Origin: an uncultured Chroococcidiopsis sp.
GTDB taxonomy: Bacteria; Cyanobacteriota; Cyanobacteriia; Cyanobacteriales; Chroococcidiopsidaceae
Assembly: GCA_964248365.1 (NCBI GenBank)
Contig: CAXTYC010000025.1
Coordinates: 11,640-75,639, forward strand
Reading direction: 5' to 3'
Length of the DNA: 64,000 nt
Part shown: in pieces, positions 54,336-64,000 of the stretch
Numbering within the stretch: position 1 is the stretch's first letter
Layout: each line of letters opens with the position of its first letter
The notes under the pieces: generated by a model
Told to the model about the DNA's origin: nothing
Database searches by the model: none
What the model saw: the letters and a program-made list of their open reading frames with translations, nothing else
Position numbers and translations under genes: made by a program

Positions 54336-54514
54336 TTACTCAAGAGTTGCGCAACTTGCTCATGCAAGAAATCGGCACTCTGAAAAAGCAAAATAGACCT
54401 CTTGCAAAAGTTCCTTTTGCAAGAGGTCTAATTACTAAAATTGTACGTCGGGGCTTTCATCTAGGTGAGAAAATCCTGCGCCCAACCGAAGTAATTACAT
54501 CTAAACCAGAGTAA
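54336..54514 (+). pseudogene. GrpE-like gene fragments separated by a palindrome
   Basis: LTQELRNLLMQEIGTLKKQN, then the palindrome, then ITKIVRR(frameshift)GFHLGEKILRPTEVITSKPE*, resembling the GrpE C-terminal GY/F...LRP..V motif. Confidence 0.55.
54394..54430. repeat. Perfect 17-bp-arm palindrome resembling abutted IS/MITE ends
   Basis: TAGACCTCTTGCAAAAG-TTC-CTTTTGCAAGAGGTCTA; a third partial end (TGCAAGAGGTCTA) lies near 54536-54548. Confidence 0.75.
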
Positions 54515-54644
54515 TAAAGAATTCCAAAATATTCGTGCAAGAGGTCTATTCTTTGTTTTTCTTAGCGCCTACTCGTACGAGTTGCCTTAGCGTCTATGCG
54601 TCGAGGCGCGACACTATTATACAAACTTTATGCAACTTGTGAAT

Positions 54645-57600
54645 TTAATTTGTCTTCAACAACTGGTGAATACTTTTGAGTAACTCCGCAGTTGTGTAGG
54701 GTTTGGACAAAAGTGTTTTGACACCATTACTTATATTTGCTGCTAGTTGAGCGTTTGAGGTAAGTCCGCTCGTAGCAATAATCTTGACTTGAGGGTTAAG
54801 TTTTTGCACCGTGCGAATGGTAAGAAATCCATCGAGCGATGGCATCATCAAATCAATTAACACCAAACTAATTTGAGCGCGATGCTGCACGTAAACTGCG
54901 ATCGCTTCAATTCCATCACTAGCTGTCAAAACTCTATAATTGTATGTTTCCAATGATATTTTGGTAGTTTCTCTAATTGCTGCTTCGTCATCTACCACTA
55001 AAATTAATTCTCCCTGTCCAGCGGGAAGTTCTAAAAGAGGCGATCGCTGTTTTTCTATTGTCTCTACGGCTGGCAAATACACCTTAAATTTTGTGCCTCT
55101 CCCTACCTGGCTGTAGACATTGACAAAGCCGCCGTGACCTTTGACAATGCCCATCACCGTAGACAATCCTAGCCCTGTGCCTTGACCTAACTCTTTAGTA
55201 GTGAAAAATGGCTCAAAAATTCTTTCGACAATTTCTGGCGGCATTCCCACGCCACTATCTGCTACTGTAATCGCAATGTATGAACCTACTTTCGCCTCTA
55301 GATGCATCCGAGCGTAGTGAGTATCAATGAAAAGATTCTCGGCTGTTATCTTCAATGCGCCGCCTTTGGGCATAGCATCACGAGCATTGACTACTAGGTT
55401 CATCAGTACCTGATGCAATTGGGTAGGATCTCCACAGACAGTCCAAAGATCAGCTGGTACATCCGTGTAAACAGTAATCGATTTGGGGAATGTCTGATCA
55501 GCAATCTGCTTAAGTTCGGCAATCAAATGCCCCATTTGCAAAATTGTGTGCTTCCCTTCGACTCCTCGCGCAAACGATAGCACTTGCTTAATTAAAGCTG
55601 CTCCCCGTTTGGCATTGTTTTCCATCGTTTTTAGCAGCTGCATACTTCGCTCGTCAGAAGTTTTCAACTGCAAAAGTTGAGCCGAAATCAAAATTGGTGC
55701 TAGTACATTATTCAAGTCGTGGGCGATCCCGCTGGCGAGAGTGCCGATACTCTCTAGCCGTTGAGCGCGAAGGAATTGCGCCTCAAGTTGTTTTTTCTCT
55801 GTAATATCAGTATCGACGCAAAGTATTGATTTTGGCTGCCCCCGCTGATCGCGCATTAGCGTCCAACGGCTTTCAACAGTGATTTGCTTGCCCTGTTTTG
55901 TCACTTTATTTAATTCACCAGACCACTCGCCTGCTAGAATAACTGTTTTTATAGCTTGTTCGATATGAGGTACGCCCAAAAGATCGATCGCATTAGAAGC
56001 GATCGCATCAATTGCCGCATAGCCATACAAACGTTCCGCACCAGAATTCCAAAATAAGATTTGGTGGTTTAAATCTCGCACCAAAATAGCGTCTGTTGTG
56101 ATATCCAGCAGTGCTGCTTGTTCGCGGATTTTCTCTTGCGCCTGCTTGGCTTCAGTAATATCAATGCATGAACCGATATAACCTGCAAAACTACCATCAT
56201 AATTGAATCTTGGACTACCTGTATCTAATATCCAGCGGTATTCACCATCAAAGCGCCGCCGACGGTATTCCATATTGAAAGCTTCGTGAGCATCAAACGC
56301 ACTGCTATAAGTGTCCCAACAAACTTGCATATCATCGGGATGGACACTTTCAGTCCACCCTTTGCCTAGCTCTTGTTCCAGCTTGCACCCCGTAAATTCC
56401 AGCCAGCCTTGATTGACATAATTACACAGTTTGTCAGTACCTGCCATCCAAATCATGACCGGAGCTGTGTCTGCCATAGTACGAAATCGTTGTTCGCTTT
56501 CTCGTATCGCCTTTTCGGCTGATTTTCGCGCAGTAATATCTTCAAACAGATAAAGCCGTCCGAAATAACGATCAAGTTCATCACGAACTTGAGTTGAAAA
56601 GAGGCGAATAGTCCGACCATCAACAAATCTAATTTCGTCTTCAACTACGCAACGGTTTGACTCGCTTTGCAAAGGTTCACAAGAAGAGGCATATGCTGGT
56701 ATATCTGCTATTAATGGCAAGCAGTGAGCAATAATGTCTTGATTTTTCAGTATTTTTCGCTGCATTTGCTCTTCTAGATGTTCGATGCCCCAAATTTCAC
56801 AAAAGCGCCGATTGAAATAAAGAATGGCATCGGTGCGGTTATCTACTACATAAAACGCTAACGGTGAAGCACTTGTCATTGAGCGCAGTAGAGCTTCTTG
56901 CCAACGTAACTCGGCTTCTGCTAATACGCGATCGCTAATATCAGTCTGAACACCGACAAAATATAGTAATTCACCTACATCTGAGAATACAGGCGTTATC
57001 TGAAGTTCGTTCCAGAACGGTTGACCGTCTTTACGATAATTGACTAGCCTAGCTTTCGGTGGTTGTTTGGTGTCAATATTGTCGTTTGCTGGGGGAAGGG
57101 CAAGTGCATTCTCAATTCCCTGCAAAAAGCGACCATTTTTGCCAATTACCTCTTCTGGTTGATACCCAGTCATGCGGCTGAAAGCTGGATTTGTATAAAC
57201 TATTGGATTATGCGGCTGGTTTGGATCGGTAATTAAAACTCCTTCCGAGACTGAAGCCACAACTTGAGCCATTAGTTTGTTTTCAACCGATGCTTTTTTT
57301 AGCGCTGCTTGCGATCTTTGATACTGGGTGTTAGTACTTGTCAAAGCAGTTAAGTTACGCTTTAGCTCTAATTGCGTAATCACCTGGCGACTTAAAACTT
57401 CTAGGGCAAATATCTGTTGCTCGTTTAAATTTCGTGCAACGTAGTCAATTACACACAAACTACCAATTGACAAGCCTTCTGGAGTGACTAGAGGTGCGCC
57501 AGCATAAAACCGAATATTTGGTGTAGATGTTACTAGGGGATTGGTGGCAAATCTTTCATCAGCCAAGGCGTTTGGAACAATCAATAACCCCTGAGTTAAC

Positions 57601-57842
57601 AAAATTGTGTAGCTACAGAAAGCTATATCGCGCTCGGTTTCCTCCACGCTCAGACCTACTTTTGACTTAAACCATTGTCGATTTGCATCAACTAAACTGA
57701 TTAAGGCAATGGGAGTGCCACAAATCTGTGCTGCTAAGCGCGTGATCTCGTCCAGCGCCTGTTCGGGTTGGGTATCGAGAATTGCGTATTGGTGGAGGGC
57801 TGCCAGACGAACTGCTTCATTTTTAGGCAGTACAGCTTTCAT
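54645..57842 (-). CDS. Hybrid sensor histidine kinase (GAF, LOV-like PAS, three further PAS, HisKA, HATPase, REC)
   Basis: [23 protein letters not shown] and GTGLGL motifs; REC domain VVDDE...KPY. Confidence 0.95.
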   Translation of the reverse strand: MKAVLPKNEAVRLAALHQYAILDTQPEQALDEITRLAAQICGTPIALISLVDANRQWFKSKVGLSVEETERDIAFCSYTILLTQGLLIVPNALADERFATNPLVTSTPNIRFYAGAPLVTPEGLSIGSLCVIDYVARNLNEQQIFALEVLSRQVITQLELKRNLTALTSTNTQYQRSQAALKKASVENKLMAQVVASVSEGVLITDPNQPHNPIVYTNPAFSRMTGYQPEEVIGKNGRFLQGIENALALPPANDNIDTKQPPKARLVNYRKDGQPFWNELQITPVFSDVGELLYFVGVQTDISDRVLAEAELRWQEALLRSMTSASPLAFYVVDNRTDAILYFNRRFCEIWGIEHLEEQMQRKILKNQDIIAHCLPLIADIPAYASSCEPLQSESNRCVVEDEIRFVDGRTIRLFSTQVRDELDRYFGRLYLFEDITARKSAEKAIRESEQRFRTMADTAPVMIWMAGTDKLCNYVNQGWLEFTGCKLEQELGKGWTESVHPDDMQVCWDTYSSAFDAHEAFNMEYRRRRFDGEYRWILDTGSPRFNYDGSFAGYIGSCIDITEAKQAQEKIREQAALLDITTDAILVRDLNHQILFWNSGAERLYGYAAIDAIASNAIDLLGVPHIEQAIKTVILAGEWSGELNKVTKQGKQITVESRWTLMRDQRGQPKSILCVDTDITEKKQLEAQFLRAQRLESIGTLASGIAHDLNNVLAPILISAQLLQLKTSDERSMQLLKTMENNAKRGAALIKQVLSFARGVEGKHTILQMGHLIAELKQIADQTFPKSITVYTDVPADLWTVCGDPTQLHQVLMNLVVNARDAMPKGGALKITAENLFIDTHYARMHLEAKVGSYIAITVADSGVGMPPEIVERIFEPFFTTKELGQGTGLGLSTVMGIVKGHGGFVNVYSQVGRGTKFKVYLPAVETIEKQRSPLLELPAGQGELILVVDDEAAIRETTKISLETYNYRVLTASDGIEAIAVYVQHRAQISLVLIDLMMPSLDGFLTIRTVQKLNPQVKIIATSGLTSNAQLAANISNGVKTLLSKPYTTAELLKSIHQLLKTN

Positions 57843-58300
57843 AAATGGTTCCTGTTATGCGGTGACGAACCTTACTAGTACTTTTCAAGCTAAATAAATT
57901 GTTTGTGTTAAAAACTTTATGCTTAGTCGGTAGTTTTTTCGACAAATTATCTCATTTTTATCTAATTACTTCTAACTTAGTAAAAAATTTACTTGTCTGT
58001 AGCTTCTCCTCCTGTCTAATTAAAGTTATATAAATTTTTTACCTGAATTATTCAAGGCGATCGCGCATCAAGAAATATTTCCTCACACCTGGGCGGTATT
58101 TTTCAGATTTCTTTATTATACAATAATTCTTATAAGTATAAAAAATGAAATTTTAGTTAATAAATCGTAGTAATACAATAAGTATTTACACTGGAAAAAT
58201 TGTAGAGATGTGAGCAAAAAACCGTAAATATTATATAAGTTTAGTTAAAAATTAGGTATTGTATGGTAAAAAAATAAGATTCAAACTAAATACAGCACCT

Positions 58301-58450
58301 TATAACAATCCTATTTGAGTTATGAAATACTGCGCGAGGATTGTCATTAGTATTAGTCATTAGTCATTTGCCTTTGAACAAAGGACACTCGTACTAATGA
58401 CACTCGTACAGCCACGATGAAAGATTTCACAAATCCCAAGGGTTGCTATA
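58301..58450. mobile_element. TA-bounded MITE-like repeat
   Basis: TATAACAATCCTATTTGAGTTATGAAA...TTTCACAAATCCCAAGGGTTGCTATA imperfect TIRs with internal heptamer repeats. Confidence 0.6.
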
Positions 58451-58550
58451 GATTCTTTGCGTCAGATAGTGATGGTTGCTACAAGCGGCTAACTTACTAC
58501 CTTTGATCGAGGCACAATAGATTTAGTCCTTCTTAACACTGATCGAAACC

Positions 58551-59045
58551 GTGATCAATTCTGGAATTACCACCCAGCCAGCTTTTGGAGTTAAAGCCAG
58601 AGCAGAAGATAGCTTTGCGATCGCTTTTGCAAGCTTATCTCTAGAGGAAGTTTACGCCCTAGCAGATGAAAGAGGCAATGGGGCTGTAGTAGTTATGAGT
58701 GGCATGGTTCGCAATCAAACCGATGGTAAACCAGTGGTAGCGCTGGAGTATCAAGCATACGAACCGATGGCTTTACAAGTATTTCGTCAAATTGCCGCAG
58801 ATATTCGCCATAATTGGTCTGATGTGAATCGGGTAGTAATTCATCATCGCATCGGGCGCTTGCAAATCGGAGAAATCAGCGTTTTAGTAGCAGTAGGTTC
58901 TCCCCATCGTTCCGAGGCATTTGCAGCTTGCAAGTATGCCATTGACACACTCAAGCACAACGCCCCTATCTGGAAAAAAGAGCATTGGGCAGATGGTTCT
59001 AGCAGCTGGGTGAGTATTGGAGCTTGCGAAACCCCATGTGAGTGA
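58551..59045 (+). CDS. moaE: Molybdopterin synthase catalytic subunit
   Basis: GMVRN, LEYQAYEPMA, HRIGRL, SPHR and PIWKKE motifs. Confidence 0.95.
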   Translation: MINSGITTQPAFGVKARAEDSFAIAFASLSLEEVYALADERGNGAVVVMSGMVRNQTDGKPVVALEYQAYEPMALQVFRQIAADIRHNWSDVNRVVIHHRIGRLQIGEISVLVAVGSPHRSEAFAACKYAIDTLKHNAPIWKKEHWADGSSSWVSIGACETPCE

Positions 59046-59310
59046 TTAGAGGCTGGAGGCTAGGGGCTAGGGGCGAAAGGCGAGAGGCTAGAGGCTAGGG
59101 GCTAGGGGCGAAAGGCGAGAGGCTAGAGGAACCAGAAATTTATCTCCCACTCTCCCCCTCTCCCCATCACCCCCTCCTCTTCAAGCCCCTTATTTTTGCA
59201 ATTGTTTACAATCTTCGCTGTACTCTATTGCAGTTTGTAACTATTTTTGTATATCAAAACACAAATCCTTTAGACTAATTTCCAAGGAAAAATTTGGGAT
59301 ATATGTTGTT

Positions 59311-59634
59311 ATGCAGATGCCAAATATAGCGTGGCACGATACTATAGTGCTTATTTCCTTTTTTGCTTGTATTGCAGGTATTTTGTTGCTAGGTGATACT
59401 AAACAAAATCAAGCGAATGAATTGGAAGAAACAGAGCAAATCTTGTTTAGGATGAGCTTTAGTTACTGGCTGGTACACTGCCTTGCTATTGGCATCCAAA
59501 AAATTGCTTTACCTGATTGGGAAATCCTGCTGCTGAGTTTAAAGATAACTGCTGCACTGTCTTACTTTTTGACTTTTGCTTGTGTTGTTTGTTTGCCTCT
59601 GCATAGGTTGGCTGTGCGTCAAGTAGAAGAATAG
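59311..59634 (+). CDS. Small membrane protein, hypothetical
   Basis: Three hydrophobic segments. Confidence 0.6.
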   Translation: MQMPNIAWHDTIVLISFFACIAGILLLGDTKQNQANELEETEQILFRMSFSYWLVHCLAIGIQKIALPDWEILLLSLKITAALSYFLTFACVVCLPLHRLAVRQVEE

Positions 59635-59752
59635 GAAGATCTTTCTATAGGGGCGGGTTCAATAAACATATCTATAGGAAAAGCAACCTTAAAAAACGCG
59701 CCCCAACTTCCAAGTTATCACCCCTTTGCAGGGGCTTGACTGGCAAAAATGA

Positions 59753-60049
59753 TTAATGATTTTTCAAGACATGGGTGATCGCCTGCTCTAATTCATTCTG
59801 ATTTCGAGTAGTCAAGATAAATACCTCTTGAACAGTTTTACCAAGTCTAGCTATAACTTTAAACCCGCCGCGAATTGGTACAGAAACTCTCAGTTGCAGT
59901 TTCGGTGTATGACCTTTAACCCGCCCAATTACTCCAGGTGTAATGGTTTGAATATCGTCTAGCTTAGCCAGACGTTCTAAGACTTGGATCAAACCAGGAA
60001 TGTGGGTAGAGTGATTGAGAACCAATCTACCAGTGGCGGGATTTCTCAT
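59753..60049 (-). CDS. DUF2103 family protein
   Basis: GRLVLNHSTHIPGL, TITPG and GFKVIAR.G..VQEVF motifs. Confidence 0.85.
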   Translation of the reverse strand: MRNPATGRLVLNHSTHIPGLIQVLERLAKLDDIQTITPGVIGRVKGHTPKLQLRVSVPIRGGFKVIARLGKTVQEVFILTTRNQNELEQAITHVLKNH

Positions 60050-60056
60050 AATAAAT

Positions 60057-60383
60057 TCAAGCAGCCTCCAGAGGAGCCATTGTTAAACCTGCACGTCTGA
60101 GTTGCTGGTGGTAAAGTTCCGCTTGCTCTTGAGGACCGACCCAAACAATGGCTTGACCTTCATAGTGTACTTGATTAGTGAGATCCCAAGCGCGATCGCC
60201 CGTCATCCCTGGAATATATTTCATCAAGCACTCAGCTACGTGTTCAAATGTGTTGAAATCGTCGTTCAACACGATAACTTTGTAGTTAGGATATGGCTTC
60301 TGGGTAACTTGAATTGAGCGTTCAGGAGCTACCCTTGGAGAGGCTGCCATTGCGTAAACACCTGCTGAAAGTACCCTAGTCAT
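60057..60383 (-). CDS. clpS: Clp protease adaptor ClpS
   Basis: YKVIVLNDDFNTFEHV...VHYEG...AELY. Confidence 0.95.
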   Translation of the reverse strand: MTRVLSAGVYAMAASPRVAPERSIQVTQKPYPNYKVIVLNDDFNTFEHVAECLMKYIPGMTGDRAWDLTNQVHYEGQAIVWVGPQEQAELYHQQLRRAGLTMAPLEAA

Positions 60384-60715
60384 AACACAATTATATAAAT
60401 AGAACTTAACAAAAATACATTCTACTAGGGACTAGGGGCTAGGGGCTAGGGGCTAGAAAGAGGGCTGGGGGAGCAAAGGGGATCTGGGGGGCAGAGGAGA
60501 GAACCCAATCCAAGGCTCCAAAATCCAAGGCTCTAAAATTCCCCAGCCTCTAGCCCCTAGTTCCTCTGGTTCCTCTGGTTCCTCTGGTTCCTCTGGTTCC
60601 TCTGGTTCCTCTCGCCCCCAGCCTCTAGCCCCTAGCCTCTCGCCTCTAGCCTCTCGCCTCTAGCCTCTAGTTCCTCTCGCCCCCAGCCTCTAGCCCCTAG
60701 CCCCTAGCCCCTCAT

Positions 60716-62758
60716 TTAGCGCCAACTATCCCAGTTTTGGTTGAAAATTGAGGTATCAGGAAAGGCTGTGGGGTTGCCATGTTCTTCTAAGCGGCGTTTC
60801 AATACTTCTAGCAAAGGTTCTGCTAGAGGTAATTGATCTACTAGTTGGTAAGGTGCGATCGCTTTTTCCAAAGCAAATGCAGCCGTCGTTCCTGCTGCTG
60901 CACCGGATGACCATTCAAATGAATGCACTCGATAAGCAGCTGCGGCAATATGACTAGTAGCAATACTCTTACCAGCAACCAGCATATTATCTATTTTTTG
61001 AGGAATCATCGCCCGTAGGGGGATTTGAAAAGGATAAGCCATCCCTGCTCCTCGGCGTTCACCTTCTCGTTCGGTGTTACCTGGAAGTTCTGGAGGGCTA
61101 TAGGTCATGCAGGGGTGAAAGTCGATCGCATAATGACCAATCCCAACAGAATCAGGAAAGACGGTAGAGCGTTTGCGCCGCATTACTTGCTCTGGAGACT
61201 TAGTACCTGCAATTACTGCTGTTGCTTCCAGTCCCGCTAGTGCTGCTTTCAAACGGCGATACTCATCTGGTGGTAAAGTCTGGAGGTAGTAATCGTCTTT
61301 GTAGTTGCGGCGAGAAATATCGATTTCCCATAAAGTAAAGCCTTCGGGATGACCCCAACTCGGTCTACCGATGATGCGCCGTCCTTCCCGCATATAAGGA
61401 TACTTGGATAACCCGTGTACTGTCCCCATTGGGGAATCAAGCCCAGCTAGAAATCGATTATTCGGTTGTGGTTGTTTGACTCCATTGCCCAATTGAGAAT
61501 CTGTAGTTCCAGCTACGAGCCAATAGAAAAAGCCCAGAGCGTTTTCTTCTGCCTTGCGTAGACTTTCCACCCGCAGTCCACCCATCCAACCGCCTGGTTG
61601 TAGTTGACCCCCCTGTTGCAGCTGATTACGAGTGTAAATTAGGTTATCTGCGGCAGTACCTGGGCGATAATCGTTGCCCCAAGTCCAGTTTTGCATTGAG
61701 ATATCGCCAGCTAAAGGCGCATCATATTTAAAATTACCGAATGTGCTTGGTTCGCCTTTTTTTCGACTCCAGATCCGGCGGTAGGTGAAAATTAAGGGAA
61801 AGCTTGCCAACCGCGGCGCTTCAAAGCTATAATATGGAGCATAGTGGTTATAAAATGGAGGAATGGTGTGTCTTATAGGTTCCTCTAGCGCCTCCATAGC
61901 AAAAGTATAAGTAAAGCCTTGAGTGCAATAAGGGTCATTAGTGGCACTAGAGGAAGAAGGTTCTAAGTAAGAACGAGCATCAATTCCTAGTCGATAGGGA
62001 ACATCGGCTAAAGCAATTAGCTCTCCTGTTTCCGAAGCATCGACAACATACCATTTTGGGGCATTTCCTCGCGTCTCCAGGCTGCCTTGGGGAACGAAAC
62101 GTAGAACGGTTTTTTCAAATCGAGGCGAGTTTTCGTAGCGATATGAATCTTCGATGGTTTGAGACAATGGGTATGTATTCAGAGGTGGTGCGCCTTTAGC
62201 TGGTCGATGTTGGATAGCGATCGCACTTTGAATGAGTTGTCCACCTGCCGTTTTATCCCTTCCTTGCGAAGGGGGAGTGATTTCTAGTTCTTTTATTACA
62301 GTCGAAGGAAACCATTTCAACTTGCCTTTACCCTTTTTGGCAGCGTCTTGGAGCATATCAGACAGGATTTTGTCACCATCGCCTGGAATAAAACAAGAAT
62401 CGCTTACCCAACAGTCACCAGGATTTAACTTGCCATACTTGCGTTCGATTCGTTTTCGTAATTCTAGGTAGCCGCGCGAGTAAAACAGCAGCGATCTCTG
62501 AGTGGCTCGCTCATCCAGTGCGGATGTTCCTTGAGCAGAAATTTGTCCTCCCACCCAATCGGTAATTTCAGTTAAGCAAACAGTTCGCCCTGCTAGTAAA
62601 CCCTCGTATGCTGTGGCGACACCTGCAAGCCCGCCGCCCACGACTAAGATTTCACAATCTACTGTTTGGTTTGGGGTTGGTGGTGCAGATAGGGCGTTAG
62701 GGGTGAAAGATGAAAGGAAATACGAAACTAGAGTCAGACTAATAAGCGATCGCTTCAT
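60716..62758 (-). CDS. FAD-dependent oxidoreductase with a signal peptide
   Basis: VVGGGLAG, WVGGQ, YMREGRRI and PFQIPLRAMIP motifs. Confidence 0.9.
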   Translation of the reverse strand: MKRSLISLTLVSYFLSSFTPNALSAPPTPNQTVDCEILVVGGGLAGVATAYEGLLAGRTVCLTEITDWVGGQISAQGTSALDERATQRSLLFYSRGYLELRKRIERKYGKLNPGDCWVSDSCFIPGDGDKILSDMLQDAAKKGKGKLKWFPSTVIKELEITPPSQGRDKTAGGQLIQSAIAIQHRPAKGAPPLNTYPLSQTIEDSYRYENSPRFEKTVLRFVPQGSLETRGNAPKWYVVDASETGELIALADVPYRLGIDARSYLEPSSSSATNDPYCTQGFTYTFAMEALEEPIRHTIPPFYNHYAPYYSFEAPRLASFPLIFTYRRIWSRKKGEPSTFGNFKYDAPLAGDISMQNWTWGNDYRPGTAADNLIYTRNQLQQGGQLQPGGWMGGLRVESLRKAEENALGFFYWLVAGTTDSQLGNGVKQPQPNNRFLAGLDSPMGTVHGLSKYPYMREGRRIIGRPSWGHPEGFTLWEIDISRRNYKDDYYLQTLPPDEYRRLKAALAGLEATAVIAGTKSPEQVMRRKRSTVFPDSVGIGHYAIDFHPCMTYSPPELPGNTEREGERRGAGMAYPFQIPLRAMIPQKIDNMLVAGKSIATSHIAAAAYRVHSFEWSSGAAAGTTAAFALEKAIAPYQLVDQLPLAEPLLEVLKRRLEEHGNPTAFPDTSIFNQNWDSWR

Positions 62759-63167
62759 AGATTGACAGATGTTTAAATCCTACGGCTAGTGAGCTACTAG
62801 ACGTTAACATCAGCAAAATGTCCATGCCAAGCTTTTTTGTAGTTAGTTATCAGATGGTAAGCGATCGCTTCATCTATTGTTACTTACCAGTTACTCGACT
62901 TACTCTTTATCTCATTTAATAACTTTTGTGTTGTTCTTTGCTTTTAGATCCCAGCATTTGGGCGTAGCTAGTATTGGCGGCGTTGGCTCCACATATGACA
63001 AGAAGTGGGCAACATCAATCCTTACTTCAATCATTTCCCGAAGTGTTGACTACTTGACGGGCAGAGGCAGTGTTAGTGGGAACAGTAAGTAGCGGGGTAC
63101 TGAGTAGGGTTTGTGTAGCAAGCTAATTGGAAGGGATAGAAAGATCGTCGGGTAGGGGTTGCGTAGA

Positions 63168-63353
63168 ACGACGAATTATTTGATCGGAACGGCAGATTGT
63201 TTGTCATCCATCCAAATCCTTCTGCATTGTCCCATCAAGCAATTTCTACAACTTCATGTCAGAAACCCTAAAAATTAAATGCCCTTCCAGTGAAGCTTGC
63301 AGGCATGAAAAACTCGACTTCTAATTTGTCGCTGCGGTCAAATAATTCGTCGT
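63168..63353. mobile_element. Internally deleted IS/MITE with 19-bp TIRs
   Basis: ACGACGAATTATTTGATCG (63168-63186) and CGGTCAAATAATTCGTCGT (63335-63353) form an 18/19 inverted match. Confidence 0.65.
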
Positions 63354-63378
63354 ACAGCTTACCCCCATCTAGAATCTA

Positions 63379-63918
63379 TTAGCATGAGGGCGGTTGAGCA
63401 GCTGGGGGAGCCGGAGCCAAACCTAACTGTACCAGGATTGCATTATTGTCGTAGTAATCAGAACTGCGCTCAATCTTATTCCCCTTTAAATCAAAAACCG
63501 TTACTGTGCGGACTGTGAAGGACTTGCCAAATGTAGAAGGTACTGGAACCAGACCAGTATTTGTTGCAGTTAACAAGTATTCAGCTACTGCCTTATTTTC
63601 ACCAGTAAAAGTGGATAGTATTTCAACTTTAAAGTTACCAAAAAGCTTTAAAGTACCTTGAACAAAGCATTTAATATTATTCGGTCCTTGAATTCTAAAT
63701 CCGTTAGGAACATCTTCAAAAACACCATTATCGGTATAGAGTGCAGCCAAAGCGGCTGGATCTTGGGCAGTATAAAAAGCATCAAGCCATGCATCAACAA
63801 TTTTTGGCGTATTTTTAGCCTTAGCTTTGGTTTGAGTGCCAACTAGGAAAGCTGTGGCTAACCCACTAGCTCCAAGCCAACTTAGTGCATTGCGTCGTGA
63901 GAATTCTTTCACTAGCAT
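63379..63918 (-). CDS. Tat-exported SnoaL/NTF2-like protein
   Basis: From ATG 63918: SRRNAL twin-arginine signal with an AKA cleavage site; LAALYTDNGVFED and GNKIERSSDYYD motifs. Confidence 0.8.
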   Translation of the reverse strand: MLVKEFSRRNALSWLGASGLATAFLVGTQTKAKAKNTPKIVDAWLDAFYTAQDPAALAALYTDNGVFEDVPNGFRIQGPNNIKCFVQGTLKLFGNFKVEILSTFTGENKAVAEYLLTATNTGLVPVPSTFGKSFTVRTVTVFDLKGNKIERSSDYYDNNAILVQLGLAPAPPAAQPPSC

Positions 63919-64000
63919 TTGATACCTCTTTTTTTGGCGTTGCAAAATAGACAAATGATTTAGCTTGGAACAGGAACAATTCTATACTTTAGGTAATGCA

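Overview
A 64-kb chromosomal window from a cyanobacterium, judged by abundant HIP1 octamers (GCGATCGC), STRR-type short tandem repeats in intergenic regions and cyanobacterial gene order. It is mostly core genome: atpD-atpC, minCDE, hisG, ftsH, a ferrochelatase-like gene, ilvB, lysA-cdaA-uppS, rimI-clpC, moaE, clpS, a diguanylate cyclase and a hybrid histidine kinase. The most striking accessory feature is a 2.6-kb type II restriction-modification module (m5C methyltransferase divergent from an Xre controller plus a SacI-family endonuclease). It lies exactly between an attI-like site (19455-19473) and an attC-like site (22010-22096), so it appears to be an integron gene cassette with no integrase gene nearby and a mutated R'' box. 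Features missing from the ORF track: a NurA-like nuclease gene running off the left edge, a ~187-bp IS200/IS605-like miniature element in the atpD leader, a decayed 1.9-kb region (IS630 pseudogene with a nested MITE, and Hsp70/GrpE gene fragments), two nonsense-disrupted genes, repeat-derived in-frame insertions in three genes, and a LOV-like domain lacking the photoactive Cys. All calls are by eye; no database searches were run.
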